A stretch of 63,649 nucleotides of DNA, counting the filler, from Collodictyon triciliatum (lineage: Eukaryota), in the NCBI GenBank assembly GCA_043381765.1. It is 5 parts of 5 records of this genome, joined end to end, with 100 filler letters (N's around TTAATTAATTAA, not from the genome) between each part and the next. Parts side by side here need not be neighbours in the genome. Positions count along the whole stretch, not along the records: positions 1 to 21,949 come from JBHJMP010000921.1; 4 more parts are not named here. The stretch is one strand, 5' to 3'. The first letter of the stretch is position 1. Each line of letters opens with the position of its first letter. Below are positions 1-13,700 of the stretch, in pieces. The translations under genes were made by a program, and so were the position numbers. The notes beneath the pieces were generated by a model. The model ran no database searches, had not been told where the DNA came from, and saw only the letters and a program-made list of their open reading frames with translations.

Positions 1-103
1 GGGGTTGGGTGGGGGTGGGGGTGGGTGGTTGTGTGGGGGGGGGGGGGGGGGGGAGGGATTTGGTTTGTATTTTTATTATATATTTTATTAAATATGTGCG
101 CAC

Positions 104-1733
104 CCAAATCCAATATCCATATTTCGTTTGAAACCATGACCGTGTTTCTGCCTCCACTAATCACGAGTTTCATATCGCTGAAACCATAACCACATCCAAC
201 ATAAGAAGGGAAGGTTTTGCTTTGATACTGAAGCTTTTTCCAATGAGATGTTCCTTATATGCTTAATTATTAGCAGTCAAACATGAAGAAAAAAATTATA
301 TAATATATAATTCGGTGCGTGAAATTTACTTGGATTGTATGCCCAAAGATCACCCACGGTAGCAAAGTCGATGTTATCATTTATAATACCGCCATACAAG
401 TATATCACAGAACGGCGAACGAAGGTAAAATGTTTTGCTCTTGTACCTGGTGTGATTTGATTTAATCTTTTCTGCACAGACCATTCGAACGTCGTCATAT
501 CCAGTGATAAAAACTGGTCATAAATCTCTGAATGCTTGCCTCCATACAGATAAATCTGATATATGAATGAAAAATTAGAACGGGTGGGGGGTCATGTCTT
601 TTTTTTTTCTCCTTTAATCGATTCGAAGACATGTGAGTTTTCGCATCTTTAAATGGCTTGCATTCATTTCCGTCCAGAATTCATGTTTTAGAAAAATTCA
701 CCTTGTTCTCGTAAAATAAGATTGAGTAATGAGATACGCGAGCAGGATTATTGCCCCATGTTTTTATTTTTCTCCACTCCAAGATACCTAAGTAATTTGT
801 AAAATTTAACTCATAGAATGTGTTTTTTTAAGAATATATACATCCCCTAATATAGCACGAATATTTTTTTTATGATTTCTTTTTTTTTTCATCGTTTTTT
901 TTTTTGATTCTAGAAAAATTTGTAAAATTATAGAAAATTCCTAACGTGTGTCAAATGCATATAACCATATGAACGAGTTTTCGCTCTCCATCGTCTCTGC
1001 ATGAACTCTACGTTGTGCGGTGTATACACCATCATTTAATGGTATAAAGGTATGATAATGCAAATGGGTTTCTATTTTGTAAATGAACCATCAAAGCCAA
1101 CGCGCATCTCAACTTTTACAAGGGAAAACAGTTGAAATATACGTGTCACCAAAAAAGAACACAGAGTCATCCGACTGCGCTATTGTAGTGGCAGTGCTTC
1201 CACTTGGGTAGCTCGTCACCATCTCCCATTGGGCATCACCTTCGTTGGCGAGGTGAATGAGGAACCATTAGTCTTTATCAATTGTTCTTAGCACTACGGG
1301 TAAGAAGATTTGCTGGGATGAATCATCTGCATGAATATTCTGATTTATCACCTGTGCCCGAGTGTAATTCATTCTGTGCCATGACACTCGGAGTCGCCAA
1401 TAATATGGGGAGGATGAGCAGAAGCAACATCTAAAACTAGCTTGACATGAGTGCATTAACAAGGAAATAATTTGATATCTTATTTTTCATTCCTTTGTGT
1501 AAAGTTGATTATTACTACTATTTCTCTGAAAAGCAGAAAAGTGAGAAAGTGGGAAAGCAGAAAAGCAGAAAAGCAGAAAAGCAGAAAAGCAGAAAAGCAG
1601 AAAAGCAGAAAAGCAGAAAAGCAGAAAAGCAGGAAAGCGTGAAAGCGTGAAAGCGTGAAAGTGGAAAAGCAGAAAAGCAGAAAAGTAGAGAAACAGAAAA
1701 AACATGGTAGAGAGAATTGCTTACCAGGGCCAT
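104..1733 (-). CDS. Kelch-repeat beta-propeller protein with predicted signal peptide (multi-exon; 3' end runs off the window start)
   Basis: Spliced reading MAL|MLLLLILPILLATPSVMAQNE... followed by kelch blades: WLYAFDTRILEWRKIKTWGNNP..SHYSILFYENK|IYLYGG, RAKHFTFVRRSVIYLYGG..DLWAYNP|RTSHWKKL, KLVISGGRN..NEIWILDL|. GT-AG introns are in consistent phase. Confidence 0.75.
1527..1684. repeat. (GCAGAAAA)n / (GCGTGAAA)n 8-mer tandem repeat in first intron of the kelch gene
   Basis: Directly visible tandem array. Confidence 0.9.
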
Positions 1734-2684
1734 CCTTCCTGAAAAAGGTGGATAAGGCAAGGCCACAGCAGTTCCCTCATACTCCTTCGTAAATATCCAG
1801 AAGCAATATTATGTTCGTGTATTCAGGCAAGCAGAAAAACGGAGAAATAAGATGCAAGGGCAGAAAGTCCAAAAAGATTTGGCGAACGCTGTTTGACTTT
1901 ACAGGACTTAAGTTTAACCAGATACAAATGTCTGTTCTCTATTATTTCCTTTATCAAGGATTATATTCATTTAAAAAATTAACGATAAGCAAGCCTTAAA
2001 AAAGCAATTGAGTGCAAGCAAGGTGCAGGGCGGTCTGTTACCGTTGTTTTCTGTTTCATGCGGCCTTTTTGGGTGCTGTGGGTTTGATATTCCATCTGTA
2101 ACCAAGGGTTCTATGCATATGTTTTGGTTTTTTGCTTTATAAATCATGGCGTCTTACTCGTCCGGTGTTGTTGTTGCGATGAAAACTTTGTTATCCCACT
2201 CAAGGCCTTATGTGGATACAATAATTGTCATTCGCTGGGTTTTTATATCATAGGCACGTATTGTTCAATATGCGGAGTTAAGGAGCCAAAGATCTATCAT
2301 TATACCGTATACTAATGGAGTAGCATAGAAAATGTTATATTTATGCCATAGTGCTGGTATTGCCACCCAAAATGTGTATATATATTTAATTTTATGAAAT
2401 TTCCAGTTTAGTGTCAAAATCGATCATTCGATTGTCTCATGATGCTTTTCTTTTTTGCGCTTAACTAATCAGCATCATAGCGCACTGCGACACAACATAC
2501 AAGAAACACACACGAGGCACGAGACCTGTGAAAGTAACAACGAGAGGCAAAGCAGCAAAGCAGTCGAGGCGCGAAAGAACGAAATAGTCGCAACGCTTTT
2601 TCAACTCGAGATCGAACACCATTAAAACAACGCACTATTTTTCTTTCTATTCAGGCTCATCACACTTCGCCCAACGCAGCAAGC

Positions 2685-4557
2685 ATGTTTCTGACCAGGT
2701 TTGTGGGGTTCTCGGTCTTCACAACCTTCTCTGTAACATGCAAAAGATCAACTTTGAAAGCACATGAAAGCAAAGAACAACAAAATAAGAAATGAAACCT
2801 TCCATCGTGGTATATAACCCGCCCCTCGCTTTGTTCATGGCGCAGAAATGAGTACGATCGCGGTGTAAATACATTTTCCCCGGAAGGTCGCCTTTTCCAA
2901 GTCGAGTACGCCATCGAGGCGATCAAGGTTACCTATACCGACCGATAGTTCTTTTCCTTTATTTCCCCCATACTCGTTCCGTGCCTGTAGATCTTTAGTT
3001 TTTTTTTCCCGAAAGGTTGCTCCACCCGTTTCGCATTAACTTTAGCTGATTTTGCCTTCAAAGAACTTGTGGAAAAAACATGATAATCTTAAACCTCTAT
3101 TTCTCTAATTGTTAATATGGCCATTTCTTTGCCTGATGTCGCCTTGAATTCAGTTAGGATCAACAGCCATCGGTATCCAAACTGCCGAAGGGGTTGTCCT
3201 TGCCGTGGAAAAGCGCATCACGTCGACTCTCTTGGAACCAAGCTCGGTTGAGAAGCTGGCTGAGATAGACTCACACATCGGCTGCGCCATGGTTCGTTGC
3301 TGATATTTGATCTTTTCAAAAGTCAAGCACTCTCTTGGAATCGATCCATGAGAAAACATGTCCATGAAAGAAAAAAGAAATGAAAATGAAAGAAAATGAA
3401 AGAAAATGAAAGAAAATGAAAGAAAATGAAATGAAAAAGAAATGAAAAAAGAAATGAAAAAGAAACGAAAAAGAAATGAAAATGAAATGAAAAAGAAACG
3501 AAAAAGAAACGAAAAAGAAACGAAAAAGAAATGAAAAAGAAAGAGAAGAAAGAACATATGAGAAAACTGGAAAACACTGAATGTAAACTTTCGCGAGAAT
3601 AACCTTGTTGCGGTTTTAAATTCACAGAGCGGCTTGACTGGTGATGCCCGTACCATCGTGGAGCATGCACGTGTTGAAACACAGGTTGACATAGATGTTC
3701 ATCACAATCTTTCAGTACCTGGACACGTCAAAAATATGCCACACAAGCGATTCTCATTCCACCATCTCCCCCTCTCCTCTCCATTGCCACCATTTCAGAA
3801 TCACCACTTTAACTTTGACGAGCCGATGCCAATTGAAAGCTGCACCCAATCCATCTGCGATCTGGCGCTCGGATTCGGCGAAAATCGAGAAAACACCATG
3901 GTTTGAACCCTTCCTCACTCTCCCATCCGCAGCATCTCCCCAACCCGCGCTGCATTACAGAATAATCACCGCTCTGCTTAAAACCTTGTATCTAACGCTA
4001 CATAGAGCCGTCCGTTCGGTGTGGCACTTCTGCTTGCTGGCCTGGACGAGAACGGACCCGCACTGTATGTAAATCTATTCACACCCGCGACTTCTGCCAT
4101 TCTTTCATAACTCTTCTTTTTTTCTGTTATTCTTTCTCATCTCTCTATACGGCCTTGATGCCCCGAGCAGTGGCGCCGACTAACCCGCGTGACTCTGCAT
4201 CCATAGCTACCACACAGACCCGTCCGGAACATACGTGCGCTACGAAGCCAAAGCCATCGGGGCTGCGTCTGAGGGAGCCCAGTCAGCGCTGCAAGAGCAA
4301 TACACAAAGGCACAGACATCTCGATCCAATGCCATGTTGCCTTCGCCCAAAGACAGATATTGACCCACTCCCTATCACCCGCACAACAGACCCTGACTCT
4401 CCAGGAGGCCGAGAAGATTGCCCTGACCGTGCTGAAGCAGGTGATGGAGGAGAAGCTCAACGCAACAAACGTCGACATCGGATCCATCTCGGTCCGCACC
4501 GGCAAGTTCCACGTCTACACAAAGGAGGAGCTGGAGGAAGTCATCTCGCGCCTCTAA
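2685..4557 (+). CDS. PSMA5: 20S proteasome subunit alpha type-5 (8 exons)
   Basis: Exons 2685-2698, 2846-2927, 3154-3291, 3628-3684, 3799-3900, 4006-4064, 4207-4309, 4390-4557 give [42 protein letters not shown]...[10 protein letters not shown]...[15 protein letters not shown]...[12 protein letters not shown], which is diagnostic of alpha5. Confidence 0.97.
3366..3552. repeat. A/G-rich degenerate 10-11-mer tandem repeat (GAAAATGAAA / GAAAAAGAAAC) in PSMA5 intron 3
   Basis: Directly visible. Confidence 0.85.
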
Positions 4558-4724
4558 GCCACGCACGCCAAAGCCGCCGCCTTTCTGTCCATCCCTCTCG
4601 CCCTCCTCTCACCTTTCTGACTCTCGTTTTGTGACTCGGGAGACAAACCCCCATCAAACAAGGAAACAAAGAAGCAAACAGATGGATGGATGGACTCGCA
4701 CTGCCCAACTACTCGGCTGCTTCA

Positions 4725-7700
4725 TCACGTCCCGGTCATCGCCCCGGCCATTGCCGACTCGGCAGCAGGGCACATGAGCTGCAACTGCGCGAGCCATGAG
4801 TCTCTGTCCGACTCGGAGTCAAAGGCCAGGTGGTAGCCCGTGCCCGCACCCGCGCCGAAGCGGAGGATGAGGTCGAACCGATCGGCCTGCGGCTGTGGCG
4901 GCCTTTCGAAGCTCTGCAGTCGGGCGATCTCGTAGGCGGAGCGCAGCGTGAGGAGGCGCTGCGGCGGATCCGTGAACGGGGCGCGCAGGCGATCGGTGTG
5001 CTCGAGCAGGTTGTAGACCCGCGTGCTGCTGAGGATCAGGATGCGGCGCTGGTGCCGGCCCCGGTTGTTGATCTGGCGGAGAAGGAAGGAAGGAAGGAAG
5101 GAAGGCAGATCCGTGGTAAGAGAAAAAGGGAAAAGAAAAGAAAAGAAAAAGAGAAAAAAGTTGAAAGAAAGAGGCAAGCCTTGACGACGGCAGAGCACAG
5201 CAGCATCTTTTCCGCCTGGGGGTCGTGGAAGAAGGCGGAGATGATCTGGGGAGGGAGGCCCTCGTCGCGCGTGACTTGTAACTCGATGCCGCGCATCTCC
5301 AGCACGGCGTGGCGAATCTGCTCCAGTATCGCCTGGGATGCCTCCTTTGTCGGGCAGGCAAAGGCGATGGTCGTCGAGCCGCCTCTGATCATCACGCGCC
5401 GCGCATCATAGCACACGCCCAAGGAATGCACGCTGATGTGCGCCACTTTGAGCTCGAGGCTTGGCCCCGTCGGGCAGAACTCGTCAGGCGGGCACCTTTC
5501 GCAGGGCGGCTCGGTCGGCTTGGAGAGGAAGTAGATCTTGTTTTTTCCCACGACAACCGTGAACTCCTGGTGATGATATTGCGGGCAGTTATAAAGATGC
5601 TGGTCGGTGGTGGCTGCTGTAATCATCGGAGTCGGGAATTCCTACCCGTTCGTTTGGGAGGTACATGGTCGCCTGGGATTGCATCAGAACTTTTTCGAGG
5701 GAGTTGAAGTCTGATGCGTATTCGAGACACAGATAACGCGAAAGTGCGTAGTTGCGCTGCAGGGACTGCTGTGTGGCCACGATGTGATTGCCGGTGGAAG
5801 AGCGGAGAGGCATCCCATACACAGACTACGAATGATTGAATGGTTGAATGATTGAATGATTGAATGGTTGAATGGTTGAATGATTGAATGATTGAATGAT
5901 TGAATGATTGAATGGTTGAATGGTTGAATGATTGAATGATTGAATGGTTGAATGGTTGAATGGTTAAATGGTTAAATGATTGAATGATTGAATGATTGAA
6001 TGGTTAAATGGTTGAATGATTGAATAGTTGAATGGTTAAATGATTGAATGATTGAATAGTTGAATGATTGAATGGTTGAATGATTAAATGGAGACGCACA
6101 CTTAACCCATTGATGAACTGCATGATATCCATCTGAATCGCCTCGTGGGAAAGAATATAGTGGCCCAGAACCTGGGCGAGATGAAAGTGGATTTGATGGC
6201 TGCGAGTCCGCACGAAGCGATGCTGGTCCTCAAAGCGCTGGTCCAGGTAGAGCAAGTGAATCAGGGACTTTGTGGTCTCGTATGGAAATAACTGGTCGAT
6301 GAAGCCGGAGCGCAGATATGCGTTGAGGGCGGGACTGGTATTGTGGTAGGACAGGTGGCTCAGCTGGGCACAGAGGGCCTGCGAGAGTGACGAGATGTGG
6401 ACGAGAAGGACGTGTTGGTCGTTTGTGATCTGTTTGGACTCCTGGAGGCGAGAGTGGAGACGCCTGGTGATAATCTACAGATGGAATTGGTTAAGTTTGC
6501 AAAGCGCTGCAGCTTACAGAGGGGAAACATAATGACATAGACAAAAAAAGACAAAAAAAAGTACCGCCAATATATAAGGATATCTTGCTTTGATACATAT
6601 AGCCCCATACCTGTATTGCTTGTGCGCCGTAATCGAGAATTTGTGTTATAGCCTCTGTCTTCATCACTTCATACTCGTAATGTAGGATTTCCTCTATTTT
6701 GGAGCGATGGTGAAGTAAAAATGTGAAAATTACATTCCTTTTTATCATCAGTTTATGCAGAAGTACACATATTCAGCAAATAATATGCACCATATCAAAA
6801 ATATCAAACAGGCCTGAAATAAGCCAAAGGATGAACGTACCTAAGAAAGCACAAAGCATAGCACCGATGTTGTTTACAAAAATATTGCTATTTATTGCTA
6901 TCGATATGACTTTCCTTAAAAACTCTGCATCAGAGCGAATTTTGAATCGAATCTCTCTCTAAATAAAATAAGGAAAGGAAGTTAGGTGTACGGCTATTTG
7001 AAGAATAGTGAGTTTTCAATGAATTATTTTCTTACGAAAAAACAAAAAACAAAAAACAAAAAAAAACAAAAAACAAAAAACAAAAAACAAAAAACAAAAA
7101 ACAAAAAAAACAACAAACAACAAACAACAAACAACAAACATACAAATATACAAACATACAAACATACAAACATACATACATACATACATACATACATACA
7201 TACATACATACATACATACATACATACATACATACATACATACATACATACATACATACATACATACAAACAAACAAACAAACAAACAAACAAACAAACA
7301 AACAAACAAACAAACAAGTAATATAAAGGAAGATAGTAGGAGATTGTGGAAAATTTAGAGTTATACGATGGATTTCTTTTCGGCGAACCACACAAAGCGG
7401 AGCAGAAAGGAAAGCACTTCGGCTACGAGATATTCTTTGTAAACTAGTTTGTTGTCCTGAATCAGTCCACTCTCTAGATATGCAGGATAGGCAAAGTAAT
7501 GCTCTGGTTCGTCGCTGGTAATCCTCTTTTCCTCCTGCATTTACATGAATGGTTTATTTGGATCCTTTAACTCCATTAAAAAAAAAGTGCACATTTATTG
7601 GAAGTCATGGCCGAATCAGCATTTTTTGATAGAAAAAAAAACTAAAGGACATATTTGTTACAATTTCATTTGCTCCTTTGCTGGCGGGTGCAGCGAAGCG

Positions 7701-10700
7701 AACAGACTTCCTTGAGGTGGACGACTCTGTGCGGATAAATCGATTGATTGCGCGAGAGAACTGACAGATGTTTGATTTTTTCTTTCTTGCTTGTTCCGCC
7801 TCCTTTTCATCATCGCGGATTTGACGGATGGTTTGCTCATCCTTGCGGAGAATAGCAAAAATGTCACGGTCCTTCAGAGTCAATACCTGACCCTCGGTCG
7901 CCGTTGAGCTGACCAGCCAATCATGCACATCAAGCTCACACATTTTGTCCTTCCGGGTGCATCGCTTTTGTTCGTCAGAGTCTTGGATAAGGAAGGATCG
8001 AATTTTATACGATAGATTGATACTATTATTGAATTTTAGAATACACATATCGCCCTTCATTTCAAAAAATCACTATTTCAACAGATGTCATGAAGCTTCA
8101 AATTAATTAATCATCACTGACCAACACTGACAGTAAATAGGGACTGCGAAAGATAATCACAATCACGGAAAAAGGCCTCTGGATCTTAAAACGCCATAAA
8201 GAATAAGTTTATCAGACATAAATTTTGTAATTTCGATTATAATGTCATTCTTATTTTTTTTTTAAAAAAAATGATGGAAGCGAACAAAAGATAAGCAATT
8301 AAAAAAGCGAAATAGTTACGAATTCGGTCTTCGTAGCCTCGAGTAATTTGCCTTACAAGCCTCCAGCCAACACGACCGTACAGCTTAACTTTCTGAAAAA
8401 TATCCGCGATGAACTTTTGGGTGAATGGAAGAAAAATAAATATTTGATTGAACCCATCATTTCTGATAGATAAGGTGTGCTAACTAAGTAAAACATATAT
8501 AGGTTTTGCGAAGTTCAAATGCTTTTAGATAGACAATAACACGACAATAAAACCATGTGTTATGTAAATAAGAGGTGGGCGTAGTGGAGCTGCGATGTTT
8601 GCTTGTTTTTAAAAAAATTATAGAATAATATCAAACGTCTGTGTTTAATCCGATTGGTGTTGCTTCGATAAAGGAAGGAGCCGATGGGATTTCATCGCTC
8701 TCCTCATTCATCAAAATATTTTCGCATATGCTTTCGATGTCAGAGGTCGAAAATGCATCTTGGAAAGCAGGGGAGACTTTATATAAGTCATTTAATAGGG
8801 AAATGCACGCGCCCCTGAATGTTGATGAATTAAATACACATTTTGACAGAAAAAATATTATTATGACGGCCGTGGAGAAAAGCCATCATCATGATGCAGG
8901 TATATAAAGAGCTATACCCTAGCAGCGGGACATTTCTGAGGTAGCGTCTACTTTTCCAAGACCAATCAAAAATAGTGTACACTATTTTAACCAAGTCAGG
9001 ACGGTGCTCGACGGATTCTTTGGCTGCGAGATTAAAACAGGCATAAATTTATTCTAAAAAAAAAACCACACTCATGTGTCTTTGGCGTAAGGGGGTATCA
9101 TTCAGTTTTCTAGAGATTCTATGTCAAAGGAGAAACGAAGAGGATTCGATAAATGAATAAATAATGATGAAAGAGGTTACCATTCACGGCTGCAAAAGAT
9201 ACCAATCTGGCGGTCAGCATTAAAATTGTTGTGGACAATGCATATGATTCGTACCTTGAGAGAACACTTATCAGTGTATCTATCACAGCTTTATTTAGCA
9301 TTCTTGATGGTTGCGGAATCCTGGAAAAAAAACAAATAGAATATGTTTAGCTCTGATACACCAGCAAGATAACAAATGGAAGAGAGAAACCCCTCCACCA
9401 AAATAAATAACACGGATAATCTAAATGTGATATAAAATATAAAGAAAAAACTAACGAGTTGTCTTCGTGTGTTATTTGCTGCATATGACGAAGCACTCTA
9501 GCTTGCACGTAAAAGTCAGGCACCGCCAAGAATTTAGAAAGGACCTCTAATACGTTTGTAGAGAGTTTCTCCAAGACAGCTGATTGTGGAAGCACCTTTT
9601 CAATTAAGGTCTTATTTTCGTGAGCCCAAACCTACAGTCGACGATATGGAATCAGCGTGTGTGCTTTGTTCGTCAACTATTAAACTGAAATATTAAGTCT
9701 ATCCCGCACAAATATCAAGAGCTACCAAAATGCTGAGAAGACCACTGAAAAATAGAGAGCTTGGTTGATCGCATATCTTGATGGGAGTTTGGTCAGCAAC
9801 AGTGGTGATTGCAATTGTCAAGGCCTCGTCAAACTCTTTTAATTCCACTTGCCGCAGAGCGTGGACAGCCAAACACCTCAATAGTCTTGCAAAACGCACA
9901 GAAATTATGCCAGAAGGTGGGGAGCGAATGCCCTGTTTCCAGAGAAAAAAAATCGTTTATAGATGGCGAATAAAAAAAAGCATGATTATCGGAAAAGGAT
10001 TACATAAATAAAATAAAATATAAAAACAGGTAGCTGCTATAATTATGTCCATTCATGAATGATATATGCCCACCAGTATAACAAGTTTACTCAATCCTCT
10101 GAACTCCTCTGATGATAAAGTCACTCCATCCCGTAAAGTAAACTCCCCTTCCGGGTGACGGACTCCACCCAACAAACCAATGCACATTTCCAATAGAGCC
10201 ACAAGTTTAATTTCACGGTCGTCTCGAATCTCGACCAGAGGGCTGCTTCCTATCAGTTGCTGACACTGCGAAATGACGCTCTGAAGGGGCATCTCTTGGC
10301 GACACTTGAGAAAGAATTGGACATAATGCTGGCTGCCATGAGCTAGCGCGAGAATGATGTAGGGATGGTACGAATCGGAGGGTAATCTTGATTGAATAAA
10401 AAAAAAAAAACGGAGAAAAGTGAATGGTTACTTAACCGATAAGCTTAAATATCTGACAAAGCGGATTAGATGGTGATTATTTGGAAATTGAAATTGATGG
10501 ACAGTTGTTTTACATATCGGTCTTGTATAGAGTCAGCAGTCTTTCCAACAGGACTTCAAATCCTATGTGACTCATCGCCTCTTCGTCGCAGATGACCATG
10601 CTGAAGAAGGCACATGAAAAGAGAGGTGCTTCTGTAGACAGGTCTGACCAAACTCTCACTGCAATAGGCTTCATGCTTGGAACGATGTTGTCATCCCACA

Positions 10701-13700
10701 TGCAGTCAAACAGGAAGGCCAGTAAGCGGTCTTTGGAGCCCGTTGGAATCTCAAAGTTCTGGAATTGGATAGTTCCAAGATTAAGATATGAGCATACGTG
10801 CGCAAGGACTTACATAAATTAATGAGGTTCGATGTTTATTTTCTATTACTTCTCTACTCTATTATGTACTATATAGATTTATACGAATCATCGAAAAATG
10901 AACCAGTAGGGAGTGTGTCACAATCTCTTCAATTCCAAGATTGAAAGATGGGTCGTAAAGGATTCCTTGGGTGTGAAGCAAATCGATGATGCCTTTGGGG
11001 ACCATGTTGTTGCAATAGACCAAACAACAAAAACGAATAATGCAACGCAATGACAAAATATCTTGGTGTCGAGCATAGGCTGTGTGAAGACACTGAAATA
11101 CATCCTGCAACTGACTTTGAGAGAAGCCTCCCGATACCTGAAGGCTGACATCTATGGGAAGCTGCACTAAGGCACCCTGATTTTGAAGCATTTTTAAGTA
11201 AAATCCATCCATTAATACGAAAGAGTAACTTTAGAATATTGCCCAATTATTTTCGTATAATGTGAGCTGGGTATTTGTTTTCTCTTCTTTCGAGTCTTTC
11301 ACATGTATAATAATTTATTATATAGATTGCAAATTGGTAAATTTTTACAAAAAGAAAAGAATATGCAACCTCGAATTCATACAGAGTGACAACAAGCTCT
11401 TCGGTTGAAGACGATTTCTTCATGTTTTTAATAATAAAGTAGAGAGTTTGGAAATCCAAGACCTGAACCTCTTCTTCCTGGGCCAATTCACTTGTCATGC
11501 TAGCGTGTGAAGGTAAAGGTTTTTCCGCAATTTTATCGATTTTATCAATTTTTCTGGATCTTGCAAATGAAAATCCTGTTCTAGCTGATTCTGTGACTGA
11601 CGCACTGGTTGTATAATAACTATTTATTAGGCTCTTGATTCCAGACTTTTCATTTTTGAAAATATTATTATTCTTATTAATGTTAATCCTTTAAATAAAG
11701 TATAAGGGGTTTATTTTATGGACTGATTTAATCATATAGAAACAGAGCGTGTGAGTCAGCTCAGGTATTAGACCATCAACTGGATTACTTTGAAATGAAT
11801 CAGTAAACATGACATGGTGAATAATGTATATATCTAATGAATCACCTTCGAGACGTCACTGAGCCCTCTTGACCAAGCAACCTCTGCAGCTGCTGCCAAG
11901 ATGTGGCCTCGGAGCGACCTAAGCTTTCTTTGGCAGTTCGAACTTCTTGTGCTGAAACTGGAGTTCCGTCAATAGCCTACACACGGCAAGCATGATGAAA
12001 ATTTTGTAATTGCTAGTAACTCTTTACGTGTTTATGGCTTTTGCTCATTTTGAATTCATACTAAATACCTTGACTTTTGGGCAGAAGCGAGCAAAGATTA
12101 AGCGATAGTCGAATTCGAGTCCGTAGAAGGTATTTCCACGTACTGATATTTCGGTGAGGTCTTTCATTCCCGAGATAATTTGAAGAAACTGGAAAGAGAA
12201 GAGAATAGAAGGAATAAAATAGATAAATGATAAATGATGAACGAATTCATGCAGTAAAAATATATTTAAGAAAAAACTCATATAGTCGAGCTAATTATTA
12301 TTGGTATTTAAATATTATTATCATTATCATCATTATTTTTAATTAAAAATGAGGGAATGGATTATATGCCGGCAGCCCGCAGTTTACATATAAATAATTT
12401 ATGAGTTTGTCTCAAAGGGTCTTGATTATGTTCTCGAGAAATCGATGGGCTTACGTTGGCGAACTCTGTAACTGACCAAGTAAACTTGTTTTCTGACATG
12501 TCCAATCTTTTTAATTTACGAAGGCTGATTAGGCCGAAACACATTCCAGACATTTGATTTTTGCTCAAGTTTAAAGACGTAAGCTCTGGAAGATTTAAAT
12601 CTGGGAACTCTTTTAACTATTTATTTCCAACAAATGTAAATAAAAAATATCAGTTCTTTTCATGATTAATTCCAAAGCAATTAGCTTTGCCTTTAATGTT
12701 GGCTTAAGGTATTGATATTAAATTATTAGTGGCTACATCAAATATAGAGTATACAGAAGAATTGGCATGTACCTGGTTCTGACTCATGTTGAGCTCTTTA
12801 AGGTTTGGCAGAGAGAGAACCAGTTTGCTAATTTTGTTATTTGTACCGATGAGACTTTTCAGCATATTTTCTTTGTCATCAAGGATGAGTTTTTCCACGA
12901 TGTTATTCCTAATAGAAATAACAAAGAGGTATATCTATCAAAATTTGAAAGAATGCAATATGCATCGCTGTAAAAAGAAGAGACTCATTGTATTTAAGAT
13001 ACCGGTAGTCTAACAAACAGTTTTCGCAAAAATAGTTAAAACTTAACATGCAGGGAGAAGAAGAGAAAAAAAAGAAAAAAGGAGAAAGGGTACATGAGTC
13101 AATTATTTGAAAGGAGTTAAAAATAAATAAATAAAAAAATGGAATGATTGATGTAAGTCATCGCAACGTACGAAAAGTCGATTGAATTGAGCGACTTTGG
13201 TGGGATTATATCAAAAACCGAGTCGATATCGTCCAGAGAGCATCGGGGTCCGGCTATGACCAGGTTGACTGGATTTCGGGCTGTTTTTGGATCTTTGCCT
13301 CCGAGCAGTTTCCATAGGGTATCTTCGCTGATATACATAATGGTCTGGTTTCGATAGTAATATCTATCAATACCACTGGTGTGCATCAAAAGGAATACAT
13401 ATATAAATATACGAATATAAGAAAATGAGTCATGTTATTAAAGCATTGATCTCAAGTTTCTTGCTGTTTCGTTTCGAATGAAATAAACATTTACGGAAGG
13501 CACAATCGCTGCTTTGGAAGTCCCTGATCCCGAAAACAAGCCGCCAAAGAGCGCCCCGCTTTGATCATCGGCCTTTTGGGCAGCGTCTTTTCCATCACGG
13601 CCTTCTTTGCCGTCGTTTTTTGGATCAGACTCGTGGCCATGAACATCCTCCTTCTCATGACTGTCCTGTTGCTCGACGTTCTCTGCGTGCTCATGGCTTT

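Noticed and set aside
1-60. G-rich tract resembling a telomere
   Set aside because: No regular repeat unit, and it lies inside a kelch-gene intron.
1140-1300. Apparent in-frame TAA/TGA suggesting a variant genetic code
   Set aside because: The stops disappear after correct splicing. PSMA5 and RBM22 end in TAA, and the long exons read through in the standard code.
5831-6089. CRISPR-like or centromeric array
   Set aside because: A simple 8-mer tandem repeat with no spacers, located in an intron.
6986-7395. Low-complexity ORFs (MYVC, HTYI, poly-F/I/K/N/V), also at 34.1-34.8, 39.1-39.6, 41.4-42.0, 51.3-51.9 and 58.1-59.5 kb
   Set aside because: Translations of microsatellites and N gaps.
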